In this document: piece after piece, positions 1 to 12,244 of the stretch
Numbering within the stretch: the first letter of the stretch is position 1
Layout: each line of letters opens with the position of its first letter
Assembly: GCA_035281605.1 (NCBI GenBank)
Contig: DATEDR010000413.1
Coordinates: 1,623 to 65,622, forward strand
Reading direction: 5' to 3'
DNA length: 64,000 nt
DNA from: Sphingobium sp.
GTDB lineage: Bacteria; Pseudomonadota; Alphaproteobacteria; Sphingomonadales; Sphingomonadaceae
The notes under the pieces: model-generated
The model's database searches: none
Told to the model about the DNA's origin: nothing
Seen by the model: the letters and a program-made list of their open reading frames with translations, nothing else
Program-made: the position numbers and the translations under genes

Positions 1-2
1 TA

Positions 3-458
3 TGGCCATTGACCGGGAGCGGATCATTGGTCTTTCCGAGCAACCGTCATGGCCACCGCCCCATGAGCGAAAATGCCATCGGCTATTTGCTCAATCGCGC
101 GGGCTATCATGGGCATCATGTTCCCCATGGCTTCCGAGCGGCATTCTCGACGATCATGAACGAATGGGCCGAACGCCACGGGAAGAAGCATGACCGGAAG
201 GTCATCGACCTGATGCTGGCGCACATCCCGAAGGAAAAGGTCGAAGGGGCGTACAACCGGGCCGCTTATCTGGATCGGCGCCGGGAACTGGCGGAGATTT
301 GGGCGAGTCTGTTGACCGAAACCCTGCCTTCACCGGTCGCTTTGATCCAGAGGCCAACGAAGGCAACAGGCCAGTTCTCGCGGCGGCGTATTCCGACTGA
401 AGCACCGACCGGCTTTCAATTCCCACAATTGGATCGGCATATATCTCCATCTCGTTGA
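3..458 (+). CDS. Tyrosine recombinase/integrase (P4-like), C-terminal part, 5' truncated by window
   Basis: HGFRAAFST (HxxR), LAH and AYNR (catalytic Tyr) motifs; frame open from window start. Confidence 0.9.
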   Translation, partial: WPLTGSGSLVFPSNRHGHRPMSENAIGYLLNRAGYHGHHVPHGFRAAFSTIMNEWAERHGKKHDRKVIDLMLAHIPKEKVEGAYNRAAYLDRRRELAEIWASLLTETLPSPVALIQRPTKATGQFSRRRIPTEAPTGFQFPQLDRHISPSR

Positions 459-514
459 ACACCATGAGCACGAGCATGGCTGACGTGTGAAACGGGAAGG
501 CACGGCGAGGATGC

Positions 515-1234
515 TCACGCTTTCGCTGCGCTGTACCGCCCGTCGATTACCTCCCAGTCCAGATTGCGCATGAAGGCATCGACATACTTGGCCGCAGCCG
601 CACCGTAGTCCATGTGAAAGCTGTGCTCGTACATATCGAGCACGATAAGCGGCGTGCCTGTCACCGGGCTATTGGTGTGGTCCCAGCACCAGTAATTGTG
701 GAGTGAGGCGGTGTGATGGTTCCAGGCGAGAATGCACCAGCCTGAGCCACCCGCGAGCGACATCGCCGTGCGGCGAAACTCGGCATCCCACGCTTCCAGC
801 GAACCGTGCGAGGCAATGAGCGCGTCTTTGACGCCGCCCGCTGCTAGGCCGTCGCCGCCGAGCCCGTCGAAATAGAGTTCGTGGAGCACCACCGAACCGG
901 TGCGATGCAGTTCCTCGCGTTTGAGATCGCCATAGGCCACGGCGGGATAGTCCTTGTCGGCCATGGCCGCCGCCAGCCGGCCTTCAATCATGTTGAGCGC
1001 GCGCACCGAACCCTGATAGTTGTTCTCCCAGTGTGAGCGAATGAGGCGCTCCGACAGGCCATCGAGCTTCGCCGGATCGAAACGGAGCTGTTTTGGCGCG
1101 TGCTTGCCGGCGAAGGCAGGCGATGCGGCACCAGACACTTGCTGGCTTTGCGCGGAAGCCGTTGGCGCCAGAGCAAGCCCTGCGGCGCCAGCCGCGAAGC
1201 TGCCGAGCGCGGACCGGCGTGAAAGATCGGTCAT
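515..1234 (-). CDS. chrC: Fe/Mn superoxide dismutase, ChrC-like, Tat-exported
   Basis: DMYEHSF SOD motif, HWENNY and LHELYF ligands; SRRSALG twin-arginine signal; directly downstream of chrA. Confidence 0.8.
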   Translation of the reverse strand: MTDLSRRSALGSFAAGAAGLALAPTASAQSQQVSGAASPAFAGKHAPKQLRFDPAKLDGLSERLIRSHWENNYQGSVRALNMIEGRLAAAMADKDYPAVAYGDLKREELHRTGSVVLHELYFDGLGGDGLAAGGVKDALIASHGSLEAWDAEFRRTAMSLAGGSGWCILAWNHHTASLHNYWCWDHTNSPVTGTPLIVLDMYEHSFHMDYGAAAAKYVDAFMRNLDWEVIDGRYSAAKA

Positions 1235-1247
1235 GAGTACTCTCCCT

Positions 1248-2576
1248 TCATGCGACGAAGCCCAGCATCAGTCCGCCCATGGCAGACAAACCGAGCACCT
1301 TGATGACATTCCATTTGAACCGGAAAATGAGGATGGTGGAAAGGATGGCCAGGATCGCGGCACGCCAGTCAACGCTCGACCAGTCCGGATTGTAAATGCG
1401 GAGCGGACCGGCATGGAGTTCGCCAATGCGTGCGAACAGCACATGGATCAGGAACCATAAGGTCAGGTTCGCGATCACGCCGACGACGGCGGCCGTCAGG
1501 GCGGCAAGCCCCCCCTTGAGCCGCCGGGCGTGTTCCATCCGCTCGATCCACGGCGCGAAGGTGAAGATCCACAGAAAGCAGGGCGCAAATGTAACCCAGG
1601 TCGTCAGCGCTGCCCCCAGCAATCCGGCCACCAGCGGTGTGAAGGGCTCCGGAGCGCGAAAGGCGGCGAGATAACCGACAAATTGCGTCACCATGATAAG
1701 CGGGCCGGGCGTGGTCTCGGCTAGGCCCAGACCATCCGCCATTTCGCCAGCGGAAAGCCAGCCGTGCCCTTGCACCGCCTGCTGAGCCATGTAGGCCAAC
1801 ACCGCGTAGGCGCCGCCGAAAGTGACGACCGCCAGTTGCGAGAAGAAGCTGCCGATCTTCCACAGGACATGGCCCTGACCTAGCGTGAGCAGGACAAGCG
1901 CCATGGGAGCGGCCCAGATCGTGCCCCAGATCAGTATCGCGGTGATCGATTGCCGCCATGGGCGCCTGGCGGGCGGAGCTTCCCCTTCTGACGGCTTGAT
2001 CGCAAGCCACGCTGGTTGCACATGCGCGACCATCATGCCGATCGCACCGGCACCCAGAACGACCAGCGGAAACGGCAAGTTGAAGAAGAACAGGGCGGCA
2101 AAGGCCGAGACCGCCAGCGCCTTCTTGAAACCGGTGTTCAATGCCCGCCCTGCGATACGCAGCAACGCTTGAACGACGATCGCCAGCACGGCGGCCTTGA
2201 TGCCCAGAAACAGAGCGGCGAACCATTCGAGGCGCGCCGCGAAGGCATAAAGGATCGACAGCGCGAGAATGACGATCGCGCCGGGAACGACGAAGAGCAG
2301 GCCGGCCGCCAGTCCACCGCGCCATCCGTACAGCTTCCAGCCGATCCATGTGGCGAGTTGCTGCGCTTCCGGTCCGGGCAGCAGGTGGCAGAAATTGAGC
2401 GCGTGGAGATATTGCTCCTCGCTCACCCATTTGCGCTCATCGACCAGTTCGCGGTGCATCAAGGCGATCTGCCCAGCCGGACCGCCGAAACTCAGACAGC
2501 CGATGCGCGCGAATACTCGCACCAGCTCAGAATACGATGGAGAAATGACGCCAAGCTTGTCCACCATACGATCCAT
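1248..2576 (-). CDS. chrA: Chromate efflux transporter
   Basis: SFGGPAGQIALMH, LPGPEAQQLA, TFGGAYAVL, ETTPGP: two CHR domains. Confidence 0.93.
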   Translation of the reverse strand: MDRMVDKLGVISPSYSELVRVFARIGCLSFGGPAGQIALMHRELVDERKWVSEEQYLHALNFCHLLPGPEAQQLATWIGWKLYGWRGGLAAGLLFVVPGAIVILALSILYAFAARLEWFAALFLGIKAAVLAIVVQALLRIAGRALNTGFKKALAVSAFAALFFFNLPFPLVVLGAGAIGMMVAHVQPAWLAIKPSEGEAPPARRPWRQSITAILIWGTIWAAPMALVLLTLGQGHVLWKIGSFFSQLAVVTFGGAYAVLAYMAQQAVQGHGWLSAGEMADGLGLAETTPGPLIMVTQFVGYLAAFRAPEPFTPLVAGLLGAALTTWVTFAPCFLWIFTFAPWIERMEHARRLKGGLAALTAAVVGVIANLTLWFLIHVLFARIGELHAGPLRIYNPDWSSVDWRAAILAILSTILIFRFKWNVIKVLGLSAMGGLMLGFVA

Positions 2577-2742
2577 ATGCCTTTGTCCGGAAAACCGGAC
2601 GCAAAGGCAACGCTTGGGCGAACCGCCTGACCGGGAGGTTGCTTTGTCCCGATGGAACTGGCCTTATCATAGGCCTTGAATATGGCCAAGTCGATGCGCG
2701 GAGCCCTACAGCCGGCGAGAGGCTACCAAGGGACGCGAGAAA

Positions 2743-3117
2743 TTACTCCGGGCCGATTCCAACTATCTCGCCTGCTCCATCCTTCATCTCCAGATCGAAT
2801 GCGACCTCATCGCCCACCTTCACGCCGCCGAGCAGTTCGGGCTTCGCCTTGAACGCCATGGTCATGGCCGGCCAGTTCGCTTCGGGAATGGGCGCGTGAT
2901 CGATCGTGATCGAGCCTTCGGTCTTGTCGATCGCGGTTACCGTGCCGGTGCCCTTCGCCATTTTCATAGGCATGTCGGCGGGTATATCCATATCGCTCAT
3001 ATCGCCGGACATGCCTGCGGAAGCACTGGCGTTTGGTGCGCTGTCGTTTTCCGGCTGCTGACCACAAGCGGCCAGCAGGGCGGCAAAGCCGATCGCGGTC
3101 AAATGGTGCAATTTCAT
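2743..3117 (-). CDS. CusF-like copper-binding periplasmic lipoprotein
   Basis: Lipobox LAAC, Met-rich linker, H-x-P-I-x3-W-P-A-M-T-M-x-F CusF motif. Confidence 0.85.
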   Translation of the reverse strand: MKLHHLTAIGFAALLAACGQQPENDSAPNASASAGMSGDMSDMDIPADMPMKMAKGTGTVTAIDKTEGSITIDHAPIPEANWPAMTMAFKAKPELLGGVKVGDEVAFDLEMKDGAGEIVGIGPE

Positions 3118-3129
3118 CTCAAGTCTCCT

Positions 3130-6100
3130 TCACGGTTGAATGGGTTGCAGGTGGGAACTTGCGCGCTTGCGCCGCATCAGCAGGTAAGCGGCGGGGATCA
3201 CGAACATCGAGAGCAATGGTGCGGTGAGCATGCCGCCGACCATGGGCGCCGCGATCCGGCTCATGACCTCCGACCCTGCGCCCGCGCCGATCAGCACGGG
3301 GAGCAGACCGGCGACGATCACCGCCACCGTCATCGCCTTGGGCCGCACGCGCAGTAGCGCGCCCTCGCGCACGGCCGCGGATATCTGTTCGTCCGAGGGA
3401 GTTTCGCCGCGCTCGTCAAGCGCGCTCTTGAGGTAGATCAGCATCACCACGCCGAACTCGGCGGCGACGCCTGCCAGTGCGATGAAGCCGACGCCGGTCG
3501 CGACCGACTGATGATAGCCCAGCAGGTAGAGCGTCCAGAATCCGCCGGTCAGCGCGAACGGAAGCGTCGCCATGATCAGCGCCGCCTCATCAAGCCGGCC
3601 GAAGATCAGGAAGAGCAGGACGAAGATGATCGCGAGCGTCGCAGGCACGACGATCTTGAGCCGGTCGATCGCGCGTTGGAGATATTCGAACTGGCCCGAC
3701 CAGGCGACGCTGACGCCGAGTGAGAGCCTGACCTCTTTCGCCACGGCCTGCCTCAGATCGCCCACGACCGAGGCAAGATCGCGTCCGCGGACATCGACAT
3801 AGACCCAGGTCGAAAGTCGGCCATTCTCGGTCTTGAGCATCGGTGGGCCGTCGCTCACCTGTAAGTTGGCGACCGTCCCCAGCGTGATCTGCTGCCCGGC
3901 AGGCGTGAGTACAGGCAAGGCGCGCAGTTCGTCCAGGCTGTCGCGGATTTCGCGGGGATAGCGAACATTGATCGGATAGCGGGCCAGCCCGTCGATGGTC
4001 TGCCCGACATTTTCGCCGCCGACCGCCCCCGCGACGATCTCCTGCACATCGGCGATGTTGAGCCCGAAGCGCGCGGCGGCGGTACGGTCGATCTCGACAT
4101 CGATGTAGCGCCCTCCGGTCAGCCGCTCGGCAAGCGCGGAGCTGACACCCGGCACCGTCTTCGCGACCGTCTCGACATCGTGCGCGATGCGATCGAGTTC
4201 GGCAAGGTCCGGGCCGGATACCTTGACGCCGATGGGGCTCTTGATGCCGGTCGCGAGCATGTCGATGCGGTTGCGGATCGGCGGCACCCAGATATTGGCG
4301 AGGCCCGGCACCTTTACCGCGCGGTCCAGTTCTTCAACCAGCTTTTCCGGCGTCATCCCGGGGCGCCACTGATCGCGCGGTTTGAACCTGATGGTGGTTT
4401 CGAACATTTCGAGCGGGGCGGGATCGGTGGCGGTTTCGGCGCGTCCGGCCTTGCCGAACACGCGCTCGACCTCGGGCACGCTCTTGATCATGCGGTCGGT
4501 CTGCTGGAGCAGTTCGGACGCCTTGGCGGCGGACAGGCCCGGCAGCGCCGATGGCATGTAGAGCAGATCGCCCTCGTTCATCGGCGGCAGGAACTCGCCG
4601 CCAAGCCGGGCGGCGGGCCAAGCCGTGGTGGCGAAGACGAGGGCCGCGATCACCAGCGTCGCCCTGGGGCGGGCGAGCACCCAGTCGATGGCCGGGCGAT
4701 AGGCGCGAGTGAGGCTGCGATTGACGGGGTTGGCCTGTTCGGAAGGAATGCGCCCTCGGATCAGCCAGCCCATGAGAACCGGCACCAGCGTCACTGAGAG
4801 GATTGCGGCGGCGGCCATCGCATAGGTCTTGGTGAAGGCGAGCGGTGAGAACAGCCGTCCCTCCTGCGCCTGAAGCGTGAACACCGGCACGAACGAAAGC
4901 GTGATGATGAGCAGCGAATAGAACAGCGCCGGGCCGACCTCGACCGCCGCTTCGGTGATGACGCTCCACCGCTTCGTGCCGTGGAGTTCCTCGCCGGGAT
5001 GGTCATGCTCCCAGCGCTCGATCTTCTTGTGGGCGTTCTCGATCATCACGATCGCCGCATCGACCATCGCGCCGACGGCGATCGCAATGCCGCCCAGCGA
5101 CATGATGTTGGCATTGATGCCCTGAAAGCGCATGACGAGGAATGCCGCCAGCACGCCGAGGGGGAGTGTCACGATCGCCACCAGCGCCGAGCGGACGTGC
5201 CAGAGGAACAGCGCGCAGACGAGGGCGACGACGATAAATTCCTCGATCAGCTTGTGGGTCAAGTTTTCGACCGAAGCGTCGATCAGGTGCGAGCGATCAT
5301 AGGTAGGGACGACCTCGACGCCGTTGGGCAGGCCCCGCCTGAGTTCGGCAAGTTTGGTCTCGACTGCCCTGATCGCGCTGCGGGCGTCCGCGCCCTGACG
5401 CAGCACGATGATACCGCCCGCCACTTCTCCCTCGCCATCGAGTTCGGCGATGCCGCGCCGCATTTCGGGGCCGATCTGGATCGTCGCGACATCGCCCAGC
5501 GTCACCGGTACGCCGCCCGCAGCAGTCCTGAGCGGGATCGCCCGGAAGTCGCCGAGCGTTTTAAGATAGCCCGAGGCGCGGACCATATATTCGGCCTCGG
5601 CCAGTTCGAGCACCGAGCCGCCCGCTTCCTGATTGGCGCGCCGGATCGCCTCGACGGCCTCGCCATGGGTCACGCCATAGCCGGCGAGTTTCACCGGATC
5701 GAGCACGACCTGATATTGCCGGACCATACCGCCAACGCTCGCGACCTCGGCCACGCCGGGGATGGTCTTGAGCTCATAGCGTAGGAACCAGTCCTGCAGG
5801 GAGCGAAGCTGCGAGAGGTCATGCCGCCCGGTCCGGTCGACCAACGCATATTCATAGACCCAGCCGACCCCGGTCGCATCCGGGCCGATGGCGCTTTGCG
5901 CGGCTTCGGGCAGACGCCCCTGGACCTGGTTGAGATATTCGAGCACGCGGCTGCGCGCCCAGTACAGGTCGGTCCCGTCCTCGAAAATCACATAGACGAA
6001 ACTGTCACCGAAGAAGGAATATCCGCGCACTGTCTTCGCGCCGGGCACCGAAAGCATGGTCGTCGCCAGCGGATAGGTGACTTGATCCTCGACGATGCGG

Positions 6101-6273
6101 GGCGCCTGACCCGGATAGGAAGTGCGGATGATGACCTGCGTGTCCGAAAGATCGGGCAGCGCATCGATCGGGGTCGACCGCACCGCCCAGAGCCCTGCGA
6201 ACAGCAGCGCCAGCGCGCCCAGCACGACGAAGAAGCGGTTATGGACCGACCAATGGATGAGCCGCCCGATCAT
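3130..6273 (-). CDS. cusA: Cu/Ag heavy-metal RND efflux permease
   Basis: 1047 aa; [48 protein letters not shown]. Confidence 0.95.
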   Translation of the reverse strand: MIGRLIHWSVHNRFFVVLGALALLFAGLWAVRSTPIDALPDLSDTQVIIRTSYPGQAPRIVEDQVTYPLATTMLSVPGAKTVRGYSFFGDSFVYVIFEDGTDLYWARSRVLEYLNQVQGRLPEAAQSAIGPDATGVGWVYEYALVDRTGRHDLSQLRSLQDWFLRYELKTIPGVAEVASVGGMVRQYQVVLDPVKLAGYGVTHGEAVEAIRRANQEAGGSVLELAEAEYMVRASGYLKTLGDFRAIPLRTAAGGVPVTLGDVATIQIGPEMRRGIAELDGEGEVAGGIIVLRQGADARSAIRAVETKLAELRRGLPNGVEVVPTYDRSHLIDASVENLTHKLIEEFIVVALVCALFLWHVRSALVAIVTLPLGVLAAFLVMRFQGINANIMSLGGIAIAVGAMVDAAIVMIENAHKKIERWEHDHPGEELHGTKRWSVITEAAVEVGPALFYSLLIITLSFVPVFTLQAQEGRLFSPLAFTKTYAMAAAAILSVTLVPVLMGWLIRGRIPSEQANPVNRSLTRAYRPAIDWVLARPRATLVIAALVFATTAWPAARLGGEFLPPMNEGDLLYMPSALPGLSAAKASELLQQTDRMIKSVPEVERVFGKAGRAETATDPAPLEMFETTIRFKPRDQWRPGMTPEKLVEELDRAVKVPGLANIWVPPIRNRIDMLATGIKSPIGVKVSGPDLAELDRIAHDVETVAKTVPGVSSALAERLTGGRYIDVEIDRTAAARFGLNIADVQEIVAGAVGGENVGQTIDGLARYPINVRYPREIRDSLDELRALPVLTPAGQQITLGTVANLQVSDGPPMLKTENGRLSTWVYVDVRGRDLASVVGDLRQAVAKEVRLSLGVSVAWSGQFEYLQRAIDRLKIVVPATLAIIFVLLFLIFGRLDEAALIMATLPFALTGGFWTLYLLGYHQSVATGVGFIALAGVAAEFGVVMLIYLKSALDERGETPSDEQISAAVREGALLRVRPKAMTVAVIVAGLLPVLIGAGAGSEVMSRIAAPMVGGMLTAPLLSMFVIPAAYLLMRRKRASSHLQPIQP

Positions 6274-7742
6274 TGGCCGTTCTCGCGGGCGATCGAACGG
6301 ACCGTCGCACCCTCGCGCGGCTGATCGAAGGTGAAGCGCACCCTGTCGCCCGTCTTGAAGCCGCGCGCCAAGGAGGGCTCCTCCAGGCGGAACATCATCG
6401 TCATCGGCGGCCAGTCGAGGGCGGGCACCGGGCCGTGGCTCAGCGTGATGCTCTTCGGCGTGATCTTCTCGATCCGGCCCGTCGCTTCATGGGTCGCGGC
6501 CTTCGGCTTCACTTGCGATGAGACGCCATCGACCGGCCGCACGTCCATTCCCGACAGGCTGGCTTCGGAATCGATCAGGAACTGGCCCGAAGTGACGACC
6601 TTCTCTCCTTCGGCAAGGCCGACCAGCACTTCGGTCCGGCCGTCCGCCTCGATGCCGGTCCTGACTTCGGCGGGCCGGTAACGGCCCTTGTCCAGCGCCA
6701 GCATGACGAGCGACCGCTTGCCGGTACGGATCACCGCCTCGGACGGGATCAGCAGCGCGGAGCGCGCCTCGCCGCCGAACGCCACGGTGGCGTACATGCC
6801 GGGGCGCAGCCGCCCGCCGCGATTGGGAAGTTCGATCCGCGCGGTGATCGTGCGGCTTTCCGTGTCGGCCTGCGGCACTATCGCCCGCACCCGCCCCCGG
6901 AACGTCTCGCCCGGAAAGGCTGTCAGCGTCGCCGAAGCCAGCGCTCCGGGACGGACCTGCGCCGCCATCGCTTCGGGCACGGCGGCGTCGAGCCACACCG
7001 TGCCGAGGCCGTTCACTTCGGCAAGCGTCTGGCCCGCCGCAACGCTCATGCCGGGCCGCACGCTGAGCGACTTGATCGTGCCCGATATGGGCGAGGCGAT
7101 GGTGATGATCGTGCGCGGCCGCCCGGTTCGTTCGACTGCCGCGATGGTCGATTGCGGCATGCCGAGTAGCACCAGCCGCTGTCGTGCAGCGCTGGCGAGC
7201 GCCTTGTCGCCGGTGCGCAGGACGGCAAGATATTCCTGCTGCGCGCCGCCCCAGTCGGGGATGAGCAGATCGGCGAGCGGCGCCCCGGCGGCGATCACAT
7301 CGTCGGGTGCGCGGCCATAGGTGCGCTGGACGAAGCCGCCGGCGCGCGGCTGGATGATCGCCACGTCGCGCTCGTTATAGCCGATCGTCCCGGTGGCGGT
7401 GACGCCGCCGCCTATGCTCCCCAGCCGCGCTTCGGCGGTACGAAGTCCGAGATTCTGGACCAGCGCGGGATCGATCCGCACGCCGGCCCCTTCGCCCGCT
7501 TCATCGGCATATTTGGGGACAAGCTGCATATCCATGAACGGCGATTTGCCGGGCTTGTCGAAATGCTGGTTCGGAACCATCGGATCGTACCAGTAGAGCA
7601 CTTCCCGGCCGCCCTGCGCTGTCTCGGTCGCCGGATCATCGTCGCCAAACGTGGCGATGCCATAGCCTGCGCCTCCCGCGACAAGCGCGATGGCGGTCGC
7701 GGTTAGTGTGAGCCGCGCGCGGGCGGATAGTTCGAATGTCAT
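6270..7742 (-). CDS. cusB: RND periplasmic adaptor, CusB-like, with C-terminal CusF-like domain
   Basis: [23 protein letters not shown]-terminal metal domain; [11 protein letters not shown]; C-terminal [16 protein letters not shown]. Confidence 0.9.
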   Translation of the reverse strand: MTFELSARARLTLTATAIALVAGGAGYGIATFGDDDPATETAQGGREVLYWYDPMVPNQHFDKPGKSPFMDMQLVPKYADEAGEGAGVRIDPALVQNLGLRTAEARLGSIGGGVTATGTIGYNERDVAIIQPRAGGFVQRTYGRAPDDVIAAGAPLADLLIPDWGGAQQEYLAVLRTGDKALASAARQRLVLLGMPQSTIAAVERTGRPRTIITIASPISGTIKSLSVRPGMSVAAGQTLAEVNGLGTVWLDAAVPEAMAAQVRPGALASATLTAFPGETFRGRVRAIVPQADTESRTITARIELPNRGGRLRPGMYATVAFGGEARSALLIPSEAVIRTGKRSLVMLALDKGRYRPAEVRTGIEADGRTEVLVGLAEGEKVVTSGQFLIDSEASLSGMDVRPVDGVSSQVKPKAATHEATGRIEKITPKSITLSHGPVPALDWPPMTMMFRLEEPSLARGFKTGDRVRFTFDQPREGATVRSIARENGQ

Positions 7743-8968
7743 TGGCCGTCTCCCCCAAAGGTCAGTGCCAGCCGGGCCGCATGGCGGGCGACAGCCGCTT
7801 CGCGGTCCAGCGTGTCGAGCTCGATTGTGGCGAGTGCCGCCTCCGCCTCGATTACGTCGAGCAGCCCGGCCCGGCCCGCTGAATAGCTTGCCCTCTCAAG
7901 CTCCACCTTCCGGCGCGCCAGTGGGAGCAGCGTGTCACGGGCGCGCATCCACTGCTCATGATGCATGGCGTGCTCGGCAAGTCCGGCTTCGAGCTGCGCC
8001 GCAAGCGCGCGGCGCATATCCTCCTGCTCGGCGCGCGCTGCCGCTACCTCGGCAAGGGCGGCATCGATCCTCGGATTCTGGCGGCGGCCGGGAAAGATCG
8101 GCAGCGACATGGTCGCGCCGACCGACACCATGTTGCCGAAACGCGGATCGCGCCGCTGGAAGGCCATGTTAAGCCCCCAATCGGGACGCTTCCCGGCCCG
8201 CGCCATCTCCACGTCGGCCATGGCCTGTCCGACCTCGGCCGAAGCCATGCGCAGGTCGGGATGCTCGCCAAGGCGCGCGCGCAAGGCGGCGGGGGCAAGG
8301 TCGAAGTCCGGCACCGAGCCGATGGGCTCGGGATGGCCGTCCCCGGTCCATCGCGTCAGTTCGGCTCGCGCGCTGCCGACTTCGGCGGCGATGGTGCTGC
8401 GTCGGTCCTCCAGTTCGATGAGGGCCTGCTCCGCGTTCAGGCTCTGGCCCGGCCGCGCGGAACCCGATGCGACGGCCGATGTGGACGCAGGCACCAGCGG
8501 GCGGAGGCGCGCCAGTATCCCGTCCATCGTCTCAAGCCGCTTCCGGGCATATGCAAGGTCGATCCAGGCGGCGGCCGTCGCGACCTTCACCTGCAGGGCC
8601 GCACCGGCGCCTTGCGCCTCGGCCGCCCCGATGTCGGCACGGGCGCGTCCCTGCTCGGCATGGCGCTTGGCGAGATTGGGAATGGCCTGCTCGATGCCGA
8701 CCCGTTCCATCGTCATGTTCTCTTCGGTCAGGCTGAACGCGGGCGGGCCGGAGACGGGGAAATTGTCGATGCCGACCCCCAGCGTCGGATCGGGCAGGCG
8801 GCCGGCGGCAATGGCCGATGACTGGCGCGCCTGGATTTGCCGGTTCCTCGCTTCGAGGACGGGCGCGTTCGCGGCCGCGCGCTCCAGCGCTACATCGAAG
8901 CTCAGAGGTTCGGCCGAGGCAAGGCTCGGGATTGCCGCCAGCAGCGGCACGTAAACTGACAGTCGCAC
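7739..8968 (-). CDS. TolC-family outer membrane efflux protein (CusC role)
   Basis: AGRLPDP, helical OEP repeats; GTG start at 8968 after AGGAG chosen over the longer ORF start at 9043. Confidence 0.85.
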   Translation of the reverse strand: MRLSVYVPLLAAIPSLASAEPLSFDVALERAAANAPVLEARNRQIQARQSSAIAAGRLPDPTLGVGIDNFPVSGPPAFSLTEENMTMERVGIEQAIPNLAKRHAEQGRARADIGAAEAQGAGAALQVKVATAAAWIDLAYARKRLETMDGILARLRPLVPASTSAVASGSARPGQSLNAEQALIELEDRRSTIAAEVGSARAELTRWTGDGHPEPIGSVPDFDLAPAALRARLGEHPDLRMASAEVGQAMADVEMARAGKRPDWGLNMAFQRRDPRFGNMVSVGATMSLPIFPGRRQNPRIDAALAEVAAARAEQEDMRRALAAQLEAGLAEHAMHHEQWMRARDTLLPLARRKVELERASYSAGRAGLLDVIEAEAALATIELDTLDREAAVARHAARLALTFGGDGQ

Positions 8969-9070
8969 GGAATTGCTCCTGATCTGGACCCATTCGGATA
9001 AGCGGTCCAGCACGCATCCTTGGGCCTCGCGCTCATCGCGCAAGGCCGTGTCGTGCCGGAACCGATCGGT

Positions 9071-9427
9071 TCAGATCAGGAAGATGGGGGGCTCCGCTTC
9101 AGGTTCTTTCGACAGACCTGAAAGGGCGTGGACCGCTTGCGGAAAGTGCGCGGCCTTCACGGCCATGGCCTCGGCCGCCTCCGGCGCGGATGGGAGTGCG
9201 ATCGGTACGAAGCATCCCATCATCGCAATGCAATCGAGCGTGAGGCCGTGACATGGCTTCTGTGCCGGTTCCGGCCGCTCGTCCTGCATCATCTCCATGC
9301 AGTCGGCGGACATCGCAACGGCCGGCTTGGCATCGACCATTGCCGGTCCCGCCGCGAACGCCGCCTCCTGGGCCAGCAGACCGAAGAGGGCTCCCAGAAG
9401 GAGGGCAAGAGAAAACAAGCGCTTCAT
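9071..9427 (-). CDS. Small Cys/Met-rich exported protein heading the cus operon
   Basis: Signal-like N-terminus, DCMEMM / PCHGLTLDCIAMMGC, C-terminal PEAEPP typical of leaders of metal-efflux operons. Confidence 0.6.
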   Translation of the reverse strand: MKRLFSLALLLGALFGLLAQEAAFAAGPAMVDAKPAVAMSADCMEMMQDERPEPAQKPCHGLTLDCIAMMGCFVPIALPSAPEAAEAMAVKAAHFPQAVHALSGLSKEPEAEPPIFLI

Positions 9428-9545
9428 CGCATATGCGGGATTACAATATCTGATATTGCCCGGCAATCATCGATCGCGACCGATGCACATCCAGTCAGAT
9501 TGCAAGGAGCCTACAGCGGGCGCAACCTCCCGGCCCGGACACCTC

Positions 9546-9576
9546 TTGACTCTGACATCATGTCAAGGTCCATATG
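9546..9576 (+). promoter_or_regulatory. MerR/CueR-type promoter-operator of copA
   Basis: -35 TTGACT (9546-9551), 19-bp spacer containing dyad TGACATcATGTCA, -10 CATATG (9571-9576). Confidence 0.8.
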
Positions 9577-9602
9577 GACTCGCGTCATGGAGGAGTTGAG
9601 AG

Positions 9603-11810
9603 ATGACGCATGAGAATTGCCACCATCATCATGGTCACGCCCCGTCCGGCGGTCTGACCGGCAAGGCGCAGGGCGGCGCAGCGGCTACGCCTGAGGGCAC
9701 GATCTGGACCTGCCCGATGCACCCCGAGATCAGGCAGGATCATCCCGGCGCCTGCCCGATCTGCGGCATGGCGCTGGAACCGGAGACAGCAACGGCGGAG
9801 GCCGGTCCAAGCCCCGAACTGGCGGACATGACGCGCCGCTTCTGGATCGCGCTCGTGCTGACGGTCCCGGTGCTGGTGCTGGAGATGGGCGGCCACCTCT
9901 TTCCCTCTCTCCACCATCTGATCCCGCCGGACGCTTCGGGCTGGATCCAGCTCGCCCTAGCGACGCCCGTCGTGCTGTGGGCGGGATGGCCGTTCTTCAC
10001 GCGGGGTTGGGTGTCGATCCAGACGCGCAATCTCAACATGTTCACGCTGATCGCGATGGGGACGGGTGTCGCCTGGGCCTATAGCGTCGTCGCGACACTG
10101 GCACCGGAGATGTTCCCGGCCGCTTTTCGCGGCGAGGGTGGCGCGGTCGCGGTCTATTTCGAGGCGGCCGCCGTCATCACCGTGCTCGTGCTGCTGGGTC
10201 AGATGCTGGAGCTTCGCGCGCGTGAGCGCACCTCGGGCGCGATCAGGGCGCTGCTGGGGCTCGCGCCCCGCACCGCGCGGCGGATTCGCGAGGACGGAAG
10301 CGACGAGGAAATTTCGCTGGATGATGTCGCCCCCGGCGACCGGCTGCGCGTGCGGCCCGGCGAGAAGGTACCGGTCGATGGCTCGGTTGAGGAAGGGCGG
10401 TCCTCGCTAGACGAGTCGATGGTGACCGGCGAATCCATGCCCGTCACCAAGGCGGCGGGAGACGCGGTGATCGGCGGCACGCTCAACCAGAGCGGCGCGC
10501 TCGTCATCCTCGCCGAAAAGGTCGGGCGCGACACGATGCTGGCCCGGATCGTGCAGATGGTGGCCGAGGCCCAGCGCTCCCGAGCGCCGATCCAGCGCCT
10601 TGCCGATCAGGTCGCGGGCTGGTTCGTGCCCGCCGTGCTGGCGGTCGCTGTCGCCGCGTTCATCGTCTGGAGCCTGTGGGGGCCGGAACCGCGCATGGCG
10701 CATGGCCTGATTGCCGCCGTCGCGGTGCTGATCATCGCCTGCCCTTGCGCGCTCGGCCTTGCAACGCCGATGTCGATCATGGTGGGCGTGGGGCGCGGCG
10801 CGGGCGCCGGGGTTCTCATCAAGAATGCCGAAGCGCTCGAACGAATGGAGAAGGTCGACACGCTGATCGTCGACAAGACCGGCACGCTGACCGAAGGTAG
10901 GCCGTCGGTGACACGGATCGTCGCGTACGAAGGCTGGGACGAGGCGGAATTGTTGCGCCTTGCGGCGGGGGTCGAGCGTGCGTCCGAACATCCGCTGGCG
11001 CAGGCGATCGTGACGGCGGCGGCCGGGCGCAATATTGTGATCCCGGACGTGGCCGAGTTCGACTCGCCAACCGGCAAGGGCGCATTGGGCAAGGTCGATG
11101 GCAGGGCTATCCTGCTCGGCAATGCCCGCTTCCTCGACGAACGCGGCGTGGACCCATCCGCGCTGCGGGACGAAGCCGAAGCGCTGCGCGCGGATGGCGC
11201 GACCGCGATCTTCATCGCCGTCGACGGCAAGGCCGCCGGCATCTTCGCGATCGCCGATCCGGTCAAGGACAGCACGCCCGATGCGCTCGTCGCGCTCCGC
11301 AAGGAAGGCGTGCGGGTCGTGATGCTGACCGGCGACAACCGCACCACGGCCGAGGCGGTGGCGCGCAGGCTGGGCATCGACGAGCTTGAGGCCGAGGTGC
11401 TGCCCGATCAGAAAAGCGCAGTCGTCGCGCGGCTCAAGAGTGACGGCCGCGTGGTCGCGATGGCGGGCGACGGGGTGAACGACGCCCCGGCGCTGGCCGC
11501 CGCGGACGTCGGCATCGCGATGGGGTCAGGCACCGATGTCGCGATCGAAAGCGCAGGCGTCACCCTGCTCCGGGGCGATTTGGGCGGCATCGTCCGGGCG
11601 CGCAGATTGAGTGAGGCGACCATGTCCAACATCCGCCAGAACCTGTTCTTCGCTTTCGTGTACAACGCGGCCGGGGTGCCGATCGCGGCCGGGCTGCTCT
11701 ATCCCTTTTTCGGCTTGTTGCTATCACCGATCATCGCGGCGGCGGCGATGGCGCTATCATCGGTCAGCGTCGTGGGCAACGCTCTGCGCCTGAACCGGGT
11801 ATCGCTGTGA
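9603..11810 (+). CDS. copA: Copper-translocating P1B-type ATPase
   Basis: [36 protein letters not shown] and MALSS motifs. Confidence 0.95.
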   Translation: MTHENCHHHHGHAPSGGLTGKAQGGAAATPEGTIWTCPMHPEIRQDHPGACPICGMALEPETATAEAGPSPELADMTRRFWIALVLTVPVLVLEMGGHLFPSLHHLIPPDASGWIQLALATPVVLWAGWPFFTRGWVSIQTRNLNMFTLIAMGTGVAWAYSVVATLAPEMFPAAFRGEGGAVAVYFEAAAVITVLVLLGQMLELRARERTSGAIRALLGLAPRTARRIREDGSDEEISLDDVAPGDRLRVRPGEKVPVDGSVEEGRSSLDESMVTGESMPVTKAAGDAVIGGTLNQSGALVILAEKVGRDTMLARIVQMVAEAQRSRAPIQRLADQVAGWFVPAVLAVAVAAFIVWSLWGPEPRMAHGLIAAVAVLIIACPCALGLATPMSIMVGVGRGAGAGVLIKNAEALERMEKVDTLIVDKTGTLTEGRPSVTRIVAYEGWDEAELLRLAAGVERASEHPLAQAIVTAAAGRNIVIPDVAEFDSPTGKGALGKVDGRAILLGNARFLDERGVDPSALRDEAEALRADGATAIFIAVDGKAAGIFAIADPVKDSTPDALVALRKEGVRVVMLTGDNRTTAEAVARRLGIDELEAEVLPDQKSAVVARLKSDGRVVAMAGDGVNDAPALAAADVGIAMGSGTDVAIESAGVTLLRGDLGGIVRARRLSEATMSNIRQNLFFAFVYNAAGVPIAAGLLYPFFGLLLSPIIAAAAMALSSVSVVGNALRLNRVSL

Positions 11811-12193
11811 ATATCGGCCAGGCCGCCAGCGCCAGCGGCGTCTCGCAGCGGATGATCCGCCATTATGAGAAGATCGGCCTCATTCCCGCGCCGCCGCGCC
11901 GCGACAGCGGCTATCGCGACTATGCCGAGGCCGACATCCACCGGCTGCGGTTCATCGCCAATGCGCGCGATCTCGGTTTCCCGGTCGAAGAGATCCGCGA
12001 GTTGCTTGGCCTGTGGAACGACAAGCATCGCGCGAGCGCCGAGGTGAAGGTGCTCGCGATCGCTCGCGCGGATGAGCTGGGGCGCAAGGCCGATGCGCTC
12101 CAGGCGCTGCGGCGCAGCCTGCTTGCGCTCGCGGAGCAATGCCATGGCGATGACCGGCCGGACTGCCCGATCATCGAAAAATTGCAGCAGTGA
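11807..12193 (+). CDS. cueR: Cu(I)-responsive MerR regulator
   Basis: MNIGQAA..MIRHYE HTH; C-terminal [12 protein letters not shown]. Confidence 0.93.
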   Translation: MNIGQAASASGVSQRMIRHYEKIGLIPAPPRRDSGYRDYAEADIHRLRFIANARDLGFPVEEIRELLGLWNDKHRASAEVKVLAIARADELGRKADALQALRRSLLALAEQCHGDDRPDCPIIEKLQQ

Positions 12194-12244
12194 TGGCCTG
12201 GACGAGACCTGGGCGCCGTATCGTTCGACCGCAAACGACCGCAA

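Noticed and set aside
9603-9640. His run (CHHHHGH) at the CopA N-terminus
   Set aside because: Common metal-binding extension in P1B ATPases
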